Source: Polyangiaceae bacterium (lineage in GTDB: Bacteria > Myxococcota_A > Polyangia > Polyangiales > Polyangiaceae). From it: 64,000 nt of DNA. The translations under genes were made by a program, and so were the position numbers. The notes beneath the pieces are model-generated. The model did not search any database, was not told the origin of the DNA, and saw only the letters and a program-made list of their open reading frames with translations. The stretch is taken from NCBI GenBank assembly GCA_035063585.1, contig JAPSGB010000007.1, positions 94,393-158,392 of the forward strand. Reading direction: 5' to 3'. Of this stretch, positions 8,167-18,101 are shown piece by piece; position 1 is the stretch's first letter, and every line of letters begins with the position of its first letter.

Positions 8167-10607
8167 ACGGGCTCGGCTCCCGGCTCTCGAAACGCGACCG
8201 CGGCCACCGCCGCCACCACGTACAGGCTCACCCCGAGAGCAGACACCAGTTGATACCCTCCGAGCAAGGACGCCGGCACCGCGACCGTGGTCGCCAGCAC
8301 GGAGGCGAAGAAGTTGATGCCGACGCTCCACGCGACCGCGGTCGGGCGGCGCGCGGCGAGCCAAGCGAGGCCCGCCGGGAACGGCTGACCCATCGCCAGC
8401 CCGGCCGGCGCGACGAACACCACCGCCCAGAGCATCTTCACCGGGAGCGACGCGCCCCAGGCCCGCGCGAAGAGCGGTGGGAGCAGGAGCCGCCAGGCGA
8501 GCACGACGAGGATCGTGCCCACCACTCCGAGCCAGATCCGCTGGCGGGGGCTGAGCGAGGAGCGAGCGCCGAGCGCGGCGCCCGCGCCCGTCGACACGAG
8601 CAGCGTCCCGAGCACCGCGCCGAGCGCGTAGGTCTGGTGTCCGAGGAACATCGCGAGGCGCTGGAGAAACCAGATCTCGAGGAACAGATAGGCGAGACCG
8701 ACGCAGCCGAAGAAGGTCAGCGTCACGAAGCCTCCGCCCCGCTCTTCGCGTCGGCGCGCTGCCCACACCGGCAGCAGCACGAGCCCCGCCGCGAGAACGA
8801 CGACGCTGGCCAACATGTCGATGAGCACGCGCACGTGCGGCGCCTCGAGCGCCTGCGCGCGGTCATACCGAGTAGTGTCGAAGAAGAACGGGCGGTCATC
8901 GGTGGCCGGCGCGAGGTTGGCGGGGTAGCTCTCGGCGAACCTCGCGAGCGTTCCCTCCTTCACCGCGGAGAAGAAGCGCAGAAACTCCGGGTCCGACGCC
9001 TCGCCCGGGGCGTAGACGAGCACCGGACGTACCGACAGACGAAAGCCGAAGACCTTGAAGAACCGGATGTCCGCGCCGCGAAACGGGCGATCGTGGAACC
9101 AGAAGCGTCTCCCCAAGGCGCTGAGCCGCGCGGCGTCCCAGCCGCCGCTCCGGCGCACAATGACCCCGTAGATCCGCGCATTTCTCAGCACGACGACCTG
9201 CCCTTCGGGGCGCGGCTCCCCGAGCTCGCCGAGCGCGGCCACCGCGGTCGCCGCGAGCCGGAGCGCCTCGGCCTCGCCAAAGCGGATGATGGTCAGCACG
9301 CCGTCGGGCTTCAAGCTCGTGAGGTAGTCCCGGAACGCCTCCGCGGTGAAGAGGTGGTTCTCCGACAGCGCGAGCGCGCCGGTCGAGAGCATGCTCTTGG
9401 TGTCGACTCCGCTCAGCTGCACGAGATCGTAGGACGCGGGACGAGCGCCCCGTGCGAAGCTGCGACCATCTCGGAGGTGATACGCGACCCGAGGGTCACG
9501 ACCGATCCCGCCGAGCCAGCGGTTGAACGGGCCGCGAATCGCCGAGATGCTGGCGGGATTGATCTCCACCGCGTCCACGCGACGGGCGCGGTGATAGAGC
9601 GCGCACTCGACGTCCACGCCGCCGCCGACGCCGATCACGAGGACGTCGTCGCGATGCTCCGAGTACCCGCTGGCGAACACGGTCTCCCCGCAGAGCGCCG
9701 GCACGGGGTGGTTCACGTCGCCGAGCGGCGCCTGCGATTCGTCCCGGCCGTCCCAGCGCGCCATCATCGCGCCCGCGGTGCTGTCCTGCGCGTAGAAGAG
9801 ATACGGGTACGGGTGCGGGCCGCCAGGCACGCGGTCGAAGGCGTAGACTTCCACGCGACCGGTCATGTTCCAGCGGTCGTAGACGCGTCGCATGCCGAAA
9901 CCATCTCGGTCGGCCTGACGCTGGATGAGCCCGACCTGTCCGTGCGGCTCGGGCTGAAACGCGAATACGCGGGGCGCAACCGCGAGCGCGAGCGCGGTCA
10001 AACCCAGGCTCGCCGCGGCGAGCCACCCGAGCCAGCGCGGCCGAGCGCGCGCCGCGCGCAGAAACCCAAGCGCACCTACCCACCCGACGAGCGCGAGGAG
10101 CGCGAGCAGCCGCTCGCCACCGACACGCTCGACGAGCAAGAGCGGCGCCAGACAGCCGAGCCCGGCGCCGAGCAGATCGGCCGCGTAGGCGCGACCGACC
10201 CGCGGCCCCGCCGAAGCGAGCGCCAGGGTGACGACCGCACCCGAGGTCAGGAACGGCAGGGTCAGGAGCGCAGCTCCGAGGAAGGTGAGCGCCGCGACGT
10301 TGGCGTCGAGCAGCGGGCCGAGCCGTGCGAACGCCGCATAGGCGACCACGATGCTCACCGGGTAGGCGAACGCCCACGCCGCGATGACCACCGGCGTGTG
10401 CTCGGGCTCGAGCCACCGGCGACGCACGGCCACCAGGCTGCTCGCGGCGCCAAAACCGATCATCGCGACTCCGAGCACCAGGTAGACGAGGAAGGTCTGC
10501 ACCGTGTACGCGAGGACGCGAACCAGGAACACCTCGAGCGCTAGCGAGGACAGCGTGATCGCCGCGAACGGCGCGAGCGGGACGCGCAGGGTCGAGGGAC
10601 CCATCAT
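8163..10607 (-). CDS. Fused MFS-like membrane / class I SAM-dependent (spermidine-synthase-like) protein
   Basis: About 7 TMs, then a Rossmann domain (VLVIGVGGGVDV, VDAVEINP, DGRSF, YDLVQLSGVDT, LKPDGVL, ATDDRPFFF), then about 7 TMs. Start uncertain (10604/10607/10667). Confidence 0.8.
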   Translation of the reverse strand: MMGPSTLRVPLAPFAAITLSSLALEVFLVRVLAYTVQTFLVYLVLGVAMIGFGAASSLVAVRRRWLEPEHTPVVIAAWAFAYPVSIVVAYAAFARLGPLLDANVAALTFLGAALLTLPFLTSGAVVTLALASAGPRVGRAYAADLLGAGLGCLAPLLLVERVGGERLLALLALVGWVGALGFLRAARARPRWLGWLAAASLGLTALALAVAPRVFAFQPEPHGQVGLIQRQADRDGFGMRRVYDRWNMTGRVEVYAFDRVPGGPHPYPYLFYAQDSTAGAMMARWDGRDESQAPLGDVNHPVPALCGETVFASGYSEHRDDVLVIGVGGGVDVECALYHRARRVDAVEINPASISAIRGPFNRWLGGIGRDPRVAYHLRDGRSFARGARPASYDLVQLSGVDTKSMLSTGALALSENHLFTAEAFRDYLTSLKPDGVLTIIRFGEAEALRLAATAVAALGELGEPRPEGQVVVLRNARIYGVIVRRSGGWDAARLSALGRRFWFHDRPFRGADIRFFKVFGFRLSVRPVLVYAPGEASDPEFLRFFSAVKEGTLARFAESYPANLAPATDDRPFFFDTTRYDRAQALEAPHVRVLIDMLASVVVLAAGLVLLPVWAARRREERGGGFVTLTFFGCVGLAYLFLEIWFLQRLAMFLGHQTYALGAVLGTLLVSTGAGAALGARSSLSPRQRIWLGVVGTILVVLAWRLLLPPLFARAWGASLPVKMLWAVVFVAPAGLAMGQPFPAGLAWLAARRPTAVAWSVGINFFASVLATTVAVPASLLGGYQLVSALGVSLYVVAAVAAVAFREPGAEPV

Positions 10608-10721
10608 GGACTCTGCTCGTAAACCATCGGGTCCGCCGCTCGGTGCGTCCGTCGCGCGAGCGCTCACGCGAGCGCATGATATCAGGCGCGCGGAGGCTAG
10701 GAGCTAGCACGGAGTAGATCA

Positions 10722-11888
10722 ATGCTATCTTCGGGCTTCATGCCGGTGCGCACCGACCTCCTGGTGATTGGCGCCGGGCCGGCTGGCGCAGCGGCCGGGA
10801 TCGCCGCCGCCCGGGCCGGAGCGCGCGTATGCGTGGTCGATCGTGCGGTCTTTCCCCGACCGAAACCGTGCGGCGACGCCCTCTCGAACGTCGCGGCGGC
10901 GGTCATCGGCGAGCTCGGCGCGGGCGAGCGCCTCGAGCGAGCGCCCCGCGCCGTCGTGCGCGGAGCCGTCGCGCTCTTTCCGGACGGTACCCGCCTCACG
11001 CGAAGCTATGGCGCCGAGCCGGGCTACATCGTGCCGCGCACCGCGCTCGACGACCTCCTCCGGCGTGAGCTCGAGCGAGCCGGCGCCGAGATCGTCGAGG
11101 GGGTAAAGGTGCGCCGGCTCCTACGGGAGGCTGGGCGATTCTGCGGCGCGGAGGGCGACCGGTTCGTTCGACGCGCCCGGGTGGTGATCGCGGCGGACGG
11201 CTCCGGCTCCCTCGCCTGGCACGCGCTCGGGCTCGCGCCGCCCCGAGAGCGACATCAGGGCCTGGCGGTGACCGCCTACGCGAGCGGCGTGCGGTATGAC
11301 GCCGACGCAGAGTGGAGCGCGCACTATTTCGAGCGCTTTCTGCCCACGGGCTACGGCTGGGTGTTCCCGCCGGTCGCGGGGCTCAGCAACGTGGGGGTGT
11401 ACCTGCGGTCGGACCGTTATCACGCGAAGAGCGCGAGCCTCCGCGAGCTCTTTCAGCGCTTCGTCGACGCGCACCCGGCTCGGTTCTCCGCGATGAAGTT
11501 GGAAGGGCCGCTGCGGACCTGGGCGCTGCCGCTCGCCGGCATGAGGCCTCCGCCCGCGGCGCCCGGGCTCCTCACCGCAGGAGACGCCGCGCGGCTCATC
11601 GACCCGCTCTCCGGCGAAGGGATCTGGCACGCGCTCGCCTCGGGGCGCATCGCCGGTGAGCTGGCCGCCGCCTCCCTCGGCACCGGCGACGGCGCCGCGC
11701 TCGCGCGTCGTCACCGCCTACGCGTGGCGCGTGAGGTGGGCTGGCCGACCGCGCTCCGCGTCGGCATCACGCGCGCGGTCGAGGTGGTCGTCACGCGGGG
11801 CCTCTATCGCTCCGCCGCGGTACGCGGGCTGTTCGGGTGGGGCTACCGCGGCCGTGCGTTCGAGCTCAGCAAGCGCACCGCCTCGTGA
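10722..11888 (+). CDS. Geranylgeranyl reductase family FAD-dependent oxidoreductase
   Basis: DLLVIGAGPAG (FAD binding), FPRPKPCGD, VIAADG, YGWVFP, AGDAARLIDPLSGEGI..AL.SG. Start may be 10740. Confidence 0.85.
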   Translation: MLSSGFMPVRTDLLVIGAGPAGAAAGIAAARAGARVCVVDRAVFPRPKPCGDALSNVAAAVIGELGAGERLERAPRAVVRGAVALFPDGTRLTRSYGAEPGYIVPRTALDDLLRRELERAGAEIVEGVKVRRLLREAGRFCGAEGDRFVRRARVVIAADGSGSLAWHALGLAPPRERHQGLAVTAYASGVRYDADAEWSAHYFERFLPTGYGWVFPPVAGLSNVGVYLRSDRYHAKSASLRELFQRFVDAHPARFSAMKLEGPLRTWALPLAGMRPPPAAPGLLTAGDAARLIDPLSGEGIWHALASGRIAGELAAASLGTGDGAALARRHRLRVAREVGWPTALRVGITRAVEVVVTRGLYRSAAVRGLFGWGYRGRAFELSKRTAS

Positions 11889-11915
11889 GGCTCGCCCGGC
11901 CGCGTGCGCGACGCT

Positions 11916-13814
11916 TCAGTGAGCGTAAGCGTTGTAGAGCTCGAACGAGCTCGGCGGGTTCGCTATCCGGATGAACCCGACGCGATCCTGCGCGACCGGG
12001 AACCGCTCGACCTCGCAGCCCGGCCGACAGCGCAGCGGCTCCATCCAGTGAAAACGGACCACGACGTCCCGATGGAGCGGATCGGCGCTCGCGTCCTCGA
12101 TCTTTATCGAATTGAGGCGCTGCGAGGCGATCCGACCTCTGCCCCGGTAAAAGTAGCTCGGAGCGATGTTCGTCCGATAGATCCTGACGCCCTGCACGCT
12201 CTTCGCAGGGATGAGCAGCTCGCGACGATAGTCGAGCGGACCGAGGTCGCCGCTCATCACCACGTACCCGACCGCGTATCGGGTGAGATAGTCGCGGAGG
12301 GCCTCTCCCGGTAGATTTCCGGTCGGCTCGAGCCGAAAGAGGTTGGCGTCGACGTGCGGCACGTTCCGCTCGCGGATCCCGCCGAGGATCGGCAGACGGC
12401 TCGTGGCGGCGAGATACTCGCCGAGCGGCCACTCGAGCACCAGCACCCGCCCGTCGTTCGCGGCGTGCGCGGCGAGCCAATCGCGCACCCCTTCGTAGCG
12501 CGGCGGCGGGCCCTCGTGACGACGCACCACGGGGAACGGCTCACCTGGGCCCACGAGCGACGACGTGAAGAGGTCCTCCTTCCCATTGATGGCAATTCGA
12601 GGCAGAAGATCCGGGATGAAATAGAGCACGGTTCGCACGGCGCGCGGCGCGACGAGGACCAGCGCGAGCGCCAAGAGCAGCCGCGCTGGCCGCTCGAGCC
12701 GGCGCAGCGCGGACGGCGACAGCGCCTCGCGAAGCACCACCGCGGCTGGGATCGCCGCCGCCAGCATGGCTGGCCCGATCTGGCGATACGGCTGCGTCTG
12801 ACGCGCAAGCCACAGGTAGCCGCTCAGATATGCGATCGCGAGATCACCGAGGATGAAGACGCCGAGCGCCAGCGCGCGCCGGTCACCTGCCCGCCACCAA
12901 CGTAGCAGCGCGACGCCCCCCGCCGCGAAGGCGAGCGTGCGAAAGAGGGTGCGGACCGGCGCGCCCGTGTTGCGCGCGTCCTTCATCAGATCGAGCGTGT
13001 CGAACCAGAGGTATTCGAGCCGCGGGCGAAAGAAGACGTCGACGTCCCCGATGTAGTGACGATACCGGAGCGTGGGAAAGATCCACACGAGGGTGGTCGA
13101 CGCGGCGGCGAGCGCTCCGAGCCACAAGAGCGCGTGAGTGCGAAGGGCGAGGCGCCGCCACGCCCTCGCGTAGAGCGCGACCACCGGCGCGAGCACCGCG
13201 AAGACCCCGAACGGGTGGATGAGGGTGATGACGGCCGCGACCAGCCCGAGCAGCAGGGGCCAGGCGAGCCGCTCTTCCTCGACCGTGCGCCACATGAGGC
13301 CCACGAGGAGGACGCTCGCGATGCACGTCGCCGACCACGTGATCATCCCGACCCACCAGCACCAATGCATGAACGAGTCGAAGAACCAGAGGAGCACCCA
13401 GAGCAGCGCCACTACGGTGGATTCGCCCGGAGTGAGCCGGAAGAGGCGGCCGGCCGCGTACGCGGCCAACGGCACCGCGAGGTGGACCAGCACGATGAAC
13501 AGGTTGAAGGCGAGGCCGGCGCTCACTCCGAGCGCGCCGGCGCCAATCACGAAGAGCTCGGTGCCCTTGCTGGTCAAGTCCTCGACCACGCCCGCGGGCT
13601 GTCCGGCGAGCTGCTGCGGGTCGTACCCCCAGAGCGCGCCCCAGCCGGCAAACGCCTCTCGGGCCCGCTCGACCTGATAGACGTGGAGTGAATAGTCCGC
13701 GGTCATGACCGGCGTCTTCGAGAAGAGCAACGCCGGCGGAGCGAAGTACGTGAGCAGCGCGAGGTGCAGCGCGACGACGGCGAGAAGCGCGCTACCTTGC
13801 CCGAACCGGCTCAC
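11916..13814 (-). CDS. Multi-pass membrane protein, YfhO/PTPS-related-like putative GT-C transferase
   Basis: TM1, then DYSLH...WGYDPQQLAGQP, about 11 further TMs and a soluble C-terminal domain (GRVLV...YLTRYAVGYVV). Confidence 0.5.
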   Translation of the reverse strand: MSRFGQGSALLAVVALHLALLTYFAPPALLFSKTPVMTADYSLHVYQVERAREAFAGWGALWGYDPQQLAGQPAGVVEDLTSKGTELFVIGAGALGVSAGLAFNLFIVLVHLAVPLAAYAAGRLFRLTPGESTVVALLWVLLWFFDSFMHWCWWVGMITWSATCIASVLLVGLMWRTVEEERLAWPLLLGLVAAVITLIHPFGVFAVLAPVVALYARAWRRLALRTHALLWLGALAAASTTLVWIFPTLRYRHYIGDVDVFFRPRLEYLWFDTLDLMKDARNTGAPVRTLFRTLAFAAGGVALLRWWRAGDRRALALGVFILGDLAIAYLSGYLWLARQTQPYRQIGPAMLAAAIPAAVVLREALSPSALRRLERPARLLLALALVLVAPRAVRTVLYFIPDLLPRIAINGKEDLFTSSLVGPGEPFPVVRRHEGPPPRYEGVRDWLAAHAANDGRVLVLEWPLGEYLAATSRLPILGGIRERNVPHVDANLFRLEPTGNLPGEALRDYLTRYAVGYVVMSGDLGPLDYRRELLIPAKSVQGVRIYRTNIAPSYFYRGRGRIASQRLNSIKIEDASADPLHRDVVVRFHWMEPLRCRPGCEVERFPVAQDRVGFIRIANPPSSFELYNAYAH

Positions 13815-13867
13815 GAGTCACGCATATACCTTGCGGCGGCCGAGAAATCGACGCTAGCTCACGGGCG

Positions 13868-15661
13868 ATGTCGCGAGGCGGGCTGCGTCGAACGCTCCTC
13901 ATCGTCGCGGTGATCGGGCTCGGCGTGCTCCTGCATCGTCCCGGGCTGTCCGCGGGGCTGGCCGCCGACGACTATCTGCAGCGCGCGATGATCGACGGGA
14001 GCTATCCCGTGGGGCGCTCGCCGCTCGACCTCTACGCCTTCGTGGACGCGAGCCGTGGTGAGCTCCCGCGGCTCATGGACGCCGGGATCTTCCCGTGGTG
14101 GGTCCACCCCCACCTGAAGCTCACCGCGCTCCGACCGCTCTCGAGCCTGCTCGTGTACTTCGACGTCCGGGCGCTGGGCTCGTCGGACCTGGCGGCGCAC
14201 CTCCACTCGCTCGTGTGGTTCGCGCTGCTCCTAGCCGCCCTCGCGCTCCTCTTCCAGAGCCTCTTCTCGGAGCCTATCGCGCTCCTGGCGACCGCGATCT
14301 ACGCCTTCGATCCGCTGCACGTGATGCCGGTCGCGTGGCTCGCCAACCGGGCGGCGCTGGTGAGCGCCACCTTCGCGCTCCTCGGCCTGTGGGGCCACAT
14401 CCGCTGGCGCGAGCGCGGCTGGCGCCCCGGCGCGCTCGTCAGCGGCGCCGGGGCCGCGCTAGCGCTCTTGGGGGGTGAGTACGGCATCAGCGCGCTCGGG
14501 TACCTGGCGGCCTACGAGCTCTCGGCCGGTCCCGGGCGGCGGCTCGACCGGCTGCGGGCGCTGGCGCTCGCCGCCGTTCCCGCGGCGCTCTACGCGGGAA
14601 CCTACCTCGCGCTCGGCTACGGCGCTGAGGGCTCGAGCGTCTACGTCGATCCGTTTCGCTCGCCAGGCTGGTTCATCCTCTTGTCCTCGGTGCGCCTGCC
14701 GGCGCTCTTGGTCAACGAGTTCCTCTCGATCCCTGGTGAGCTCACGAGCAGCGCCCTGATCCTCGGTTACGGGCGCGCGCTCATGATCCTCCTGCCGCCG
14801 CTCGTGCTCCTCGGCGCGCTCGTGCCGGGGATGCTCCGGCGCCTTCGTTGGGACGAGCGGCGCATGCTCGTCTTCTTGATGCTCGGCAACGGGCTCTCGA
14901 TCGTGCCCTTGCTCGGGACCATCCCCTCGCCGCGCCTGCTGGTAGTCCCGGCGATTGGCGGGGCGGTCCTCTTGGCCCTGCTCATTCGAGACGGCGTAGC
15001 CCGGGTCGGCGAGCGCGCGGCGCGGTTTCGAGTCGGCACCTGGTGGCGCGCGCTCATGGCGCTCTCACTCGCGCTGGCGCACCTGGTCGTCTCACCCATG
15101 ACCACGCTGTCCTTCGGGACCGGCTGGAGCACCGGGCAAATCCTGGTCCGAGCCCTCTATCAGCGCGGCGACATCGATGATCGCGAGGTCGCTCACCAGC
15201 AACTCATCCTCTTGAACTCCTTCAACCACGTGTCCGCCATCTACCCGCCATGGGCGCGTCACCACGCCGGCAGCCCGCTGCCGGGCTCGTGGCGCGCGCT
15301 CACCACGAGCCCGGCGAGCCAAGAGCTGACTCGCACCTCGACCGACACCTTCGAGCTTGCCGCGGTCGGCGGCACGCTGCTCGATCTCGCCGCGACGGAC
15401 CTCCTGAGGAGCGCGGACGCGCCGTTCCGGAGCGGGGACCGCGTGACGCTCCGCGGCCTCTCCGCGGAGGTGCTCGAGTCGAGCCCGTGGGGACCGAGCC
15501 GCGTCCGCTTCCGCTTCGATCGGGCCCTCGACGACCCGTCACTCGTCTTCCTCGAGATGGGCGCGGACGGTGTGCGCCGAGTCAGCCTACCGCGGATTGG
15601 AGGGACACTGGCGATCCCAGGCGCGCCGCTGCCGAGCGTCAGCCCGCCTCCGCAGCCTTGA
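13868..15661 (+). CDS. Multi-pass membrane protein, TMTC/PMT-like GT-C fold; paralog of 6412-8166
   Basis: GLAADDYLQ, LRPLSSLL, VAWLANRAAL, GEYG, PRLL. C-terminal domain (DTFEL...PFRSGD...VRFRFD) matches the paralog (DTLDV...PMRVGE...ARFHFN). Confidence 0.6.
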   Translation: MSRGGLRRTLLIVAVIGLGVLLHRPGLSAGLAADDYLQRAMIDGSYPVGRSPLDLYAFVDASRGELPRLMDAGIFPWWVHPHLKLTALRPLSSLLVYFDVRALGSSDLAAHLHSLVWFALLLAALALLFQSLFSEPIALLATAIYAFDPLHVMPVAWLANRAALVSATFALLGLWGHIRWRERGWRPGALVSGAGAALALLGGEYGISALGYLAAYELSAGPGRRLDRLRALALAAVPAALYAGTYLALGYGAEGSSVYVDPFRSPGWFILLSSVRLPALLVNEFLSIPGELTSSALILGYGRALMILLPPLVLLGALVPGMLRRLRWDERRMLVFLMLGNGLSIVPLLGTIPSPRLLVVPAIGGAVLLALLIRDGVARVGERAARFRVGTWWRALMALSLALAHLVVSPMTTLSFGTGWSTGQILVRALYQRGDIDDREVAHQQLILLNSFNHVSAIYPPWARHHAGSPLPGSWRALTTSPASQELTRTSTDTFELAAVGGTLLDLAATDLLRSADAPFRSGDRVTLRGLSAEVLESSPWGPSRVRFRFDRALDDPSLVFLEMGADGVRRVSLPRIGGTLAIPGAPLPSVSPPPQP

Positions 15662-18101
15662 CCGCGGAGCCGAGCGCCTCCGGTACGTGCTCGCGAGCGT
15701 GGCGAACCACCCAGAACGACAAGACGAGCGCGAGCACGTAGAAGCCGGCTCCGATCAAGAGCGTCGCAGTGATCCCGGCGTGCATGGTGGTGAGCGTCGC
15801 CAGCACCGAGCCGAGCACCGAGGTGCCGCTGTTGACGCTCCACAGCCAGGGGACCCGCGCCCGCGCGCGCAGCGACACCTCGCGCAGCAGCGCCGGCAGC
15901 GGCAATCCGAGCAAGAGCCCGAGCGGCGCGATGAGCGCGACCGCGAGGAGGGCACGCAGCGCGGGCCCCACGCCGCGCGCCGACTCGAGCCAGCGAGGGC
16001 CGAGGAGAGCGAACGCTGCGATCGCGACCACCAGCAGAGCGAGTCCGATCGCGAGGACACGCCGAGGGCGCTCGACGGGCCGACCGAGCACTCGGCTGCC
16101 GAGCGCGCTCGCGACGAGCAGCGTCAAGAGCACCACCGACAGGGTCGAGGTCGGGTGCCCGAGGAACACGCTGAAGCGCAGCACCAGCCCGAGCTCGACG
16201 AACATGAAGCCGAGGCCGAGGCACGCCACGTAGCCGAGATCCCAGAGCGCCGCTCCTTCGCCAGCGAGCGCCTCGCGACGGCGGACGAGGAGCGGGACGA
16301 GCAGGAACACCCCGACCACCAGCACCGCGACCACCGCGACCTTGGCGAGGATGGCGAGCCCGTTTCCAAAGAGATGTCCGGGGCCAGCACCGAACAAGGC
16401 GCGACCGAGATCGCGCAAGCGGTTCTGGTAGAAGAAGAACGGATGGTCGTCGGTCGTCGGTGAGACGTCCAGCGGCCAGCGCGCGCGGGCGTGGTCGAGG
16501 GCCGCCGCGTCACGGGTCGAGAGGATGGCAGCGATCCAGCGCTCCTCCAGCGAGCGAGTCGCGGGCGGGAGCCCGGGCAAGTACACGGGCCTGAAGCCGA
16601 GCTCGCGCACCTCCCGAGCCACGCGCGCTACCTCGAGGTCGGTCCAGCCATCGGGGCGGATCAGGACCTCGAACATGGTGGCGTCGCGGGTGGCGAGCCA
16701 GGGCGTCGACACGACCAACACCGCGCGAGACGGGTCCTTTCCACGAGCCGCGACCGCGGCGCGCGCGATCGACGCGAGCCGCGCACCCACCGCCAGGTCC
16801 GGCAAGCTCACCGACGCGACGCTGAGGACGCCGCCGGGCGCGAGGCTACCGGTGAAATCGATGAAGGCGTCGGCGGTGTAGAGACTGTTCTCGGTGAGCG
16901 CGTAGGCGCCCGCCGCGGTGGCAGCGGAGGTGTCCACCATGCTGAGGTTGATGACGTCGAAGCGCCGTTCGGCCTGCCGAAGCGCGGTCCGGCCATCTTC
17001 CACGAGCACCGTCACGTCGTCGCGCAGGTAGAGCCCGCCCGAGAACTCGCGGTACTTGTCGCGCATCACGTCGTCGACGATGAGCGGGTTGATCTCGACG
17101 GCGGTGACGTGACGCGCGCCTGCCGCCAGCGCCGCGAGCACGTCCTTTCCGCCCCCGGCTCCCACCACGCACACCTCCTTCGGCTCCGGGTGCGCCCGAT
17201 ACGACAGCGCGCTGAGATCGAAGGTGGTGTAGCGAACCTCCTCGAACGCGCCCGTGAATCGCGTCACCGTGGTCATCGCGTTCATGTCGATGACCAGGGT
17301 CTTCTGCTGCGGGATCGGCCCTCGGTACTCCGGCGACAGGCCCCAGCCGCGAAACCCGACCTGGGGCAGCACGGTCACCATCGAGAACGAGTTCCATCGG
17401 TTATACTCGGGCGGGCGCGCGTCGAGGTGGATCCCCTTGGCGATCCGCACGCGAAAGAGCCCGGACTGCGGCGCGGTCGCGCCGAGCACCGCCACCGCCG
17501 CGAGGGTCGCCCATGCGGCTCGGCGGGCCTCGCCGAACACGAGCGCGCCGAGCGCCGCCAAGAGCGCGGCGGCGAGCAGCGCGAGGGGCCCTCCCAGAGC
17601 CGAAAGGAGCGGCACCACCAGCGCGCAGCCGACGCCCGCCCCGAGCAAATCCATGAAGTAGAGCCGATGCACGAAGGTCGCGTGGCGGGTGATGGCGAGC
17701 GCAATGGTGAAGCCGCCCGCGACGAACGGCGCGGCCGCCATCAGGAACACCACCAAGAGCTTGGCGGTCAGGCGCGTGAACGGGACGTTTGCGTCCGCGC
17801 CGAACCAGTCGGGTGAGAGGTTCAAGAGCGCGAGATCGACCAGCACGATCGACACGCAGAGCGCGAGGGAGCTCCTCGCGAGCCAGACCTCCGTCCTTGA
17901 CGGCAAGATGCGGTGCTCGAGCAAGTGGACAGCGAGCGCCGCAGCGCCCATCCCGAACAGCGCCACCGAGATCGCGAGGAAGGCGAAGTGATACCAGACC
18001 ACCACCGAGAAGATGCGCGTGACCACGAGCTCGCTGGTCATGAGCGCCATGCTCGTGCAGAGGACGCCGAGCGCCACGCGGCGAGGCACGGGCGCGGTCA
18101 C
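15639..18101 (-). CDS. Fused MFS-like membrane / class I SAM-dependent (spermidine-synthase-like) protein
   Basis: VCVVGAGGGKDV, VTAVEINP, EDGRT, FDVINLSMVDT, LAPGGVL, PTTDDHPFFF flanked by about 7+7 TMs. GTG start overlaps the upstream stop (GTGA). Confidence 0.8.
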   Translation of the reverse strand: MTAPVPRRVALGVLCTSMALMTSELVVTRIFSVVVWYHFAFLAISVALFGMGAAALAVHLLEHRILPSRTEVWLARSSLALCVSIVLVDLALLNLSPDWFGADANVPFTRLTAKLLVVFLMAAAPFVAGGFTIALAITRHATFVHRLYFMDLLGAGVGCALVVPLLSALGGPLALLAAALLAALGALVFGEARRAAWATLAAVAVLGATAPQSGLFRVRIAKGIHLDARPPEYNRWNSFSMVTVLPQVGFRGWGLSPEYRGPIPQQKTLVIDMNAMTTVTRFTGAFEEVRYTTFDLSALSYRAHPEPKEVCVVGAGGGKDVLAALAAGARHVTAVEINPLIVDDVMRDKYREFSGGLYLRDDVTVLVEDGRTALRQAERRFDVINLSMVDTSAATAAGAYALTENSLYTADAFIDFTGSLAPGGVLSVASVSLPDLAVGARLASIARAAVAARGKDPSRAVLVVSTPWLATRDATMFEVLIRPDGWTDLEVARVAREVRELGFRPVYLPGLPPATRSLEERWIAAILSTRDAAALDHARARWPLDVSPTTDDHPFFFYQNRLRDLGRALFGAGPGHLFGNGLAILAKVAVVAVLVVGVFLLVPLLVRRREALAGEGAALWDLGYVACLGLGFMFVELGLVLRFSVFLGHPTSTLSVVLLTLLVASALGSRVLGRPVERPRRVLAIGLALLVVAIAAFALLGPRWLESARGVGPALRALLAVALIAPLGLLLGLPLPALLREVSLRARARVPWLWSVNSGTSVLGSVLATLTTMHAGITATLLIGAGFYVLALVLSFWVVRHAREHVPEALGSAVKAAEAG

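Noticed and set aside
8250..10544. 764-aa plus-strand ORF (similarly 31817-34294 and 36183-38006)
   Set aside because: In-register antisense frames of well-supported membrane protein genes, with no independent motifs
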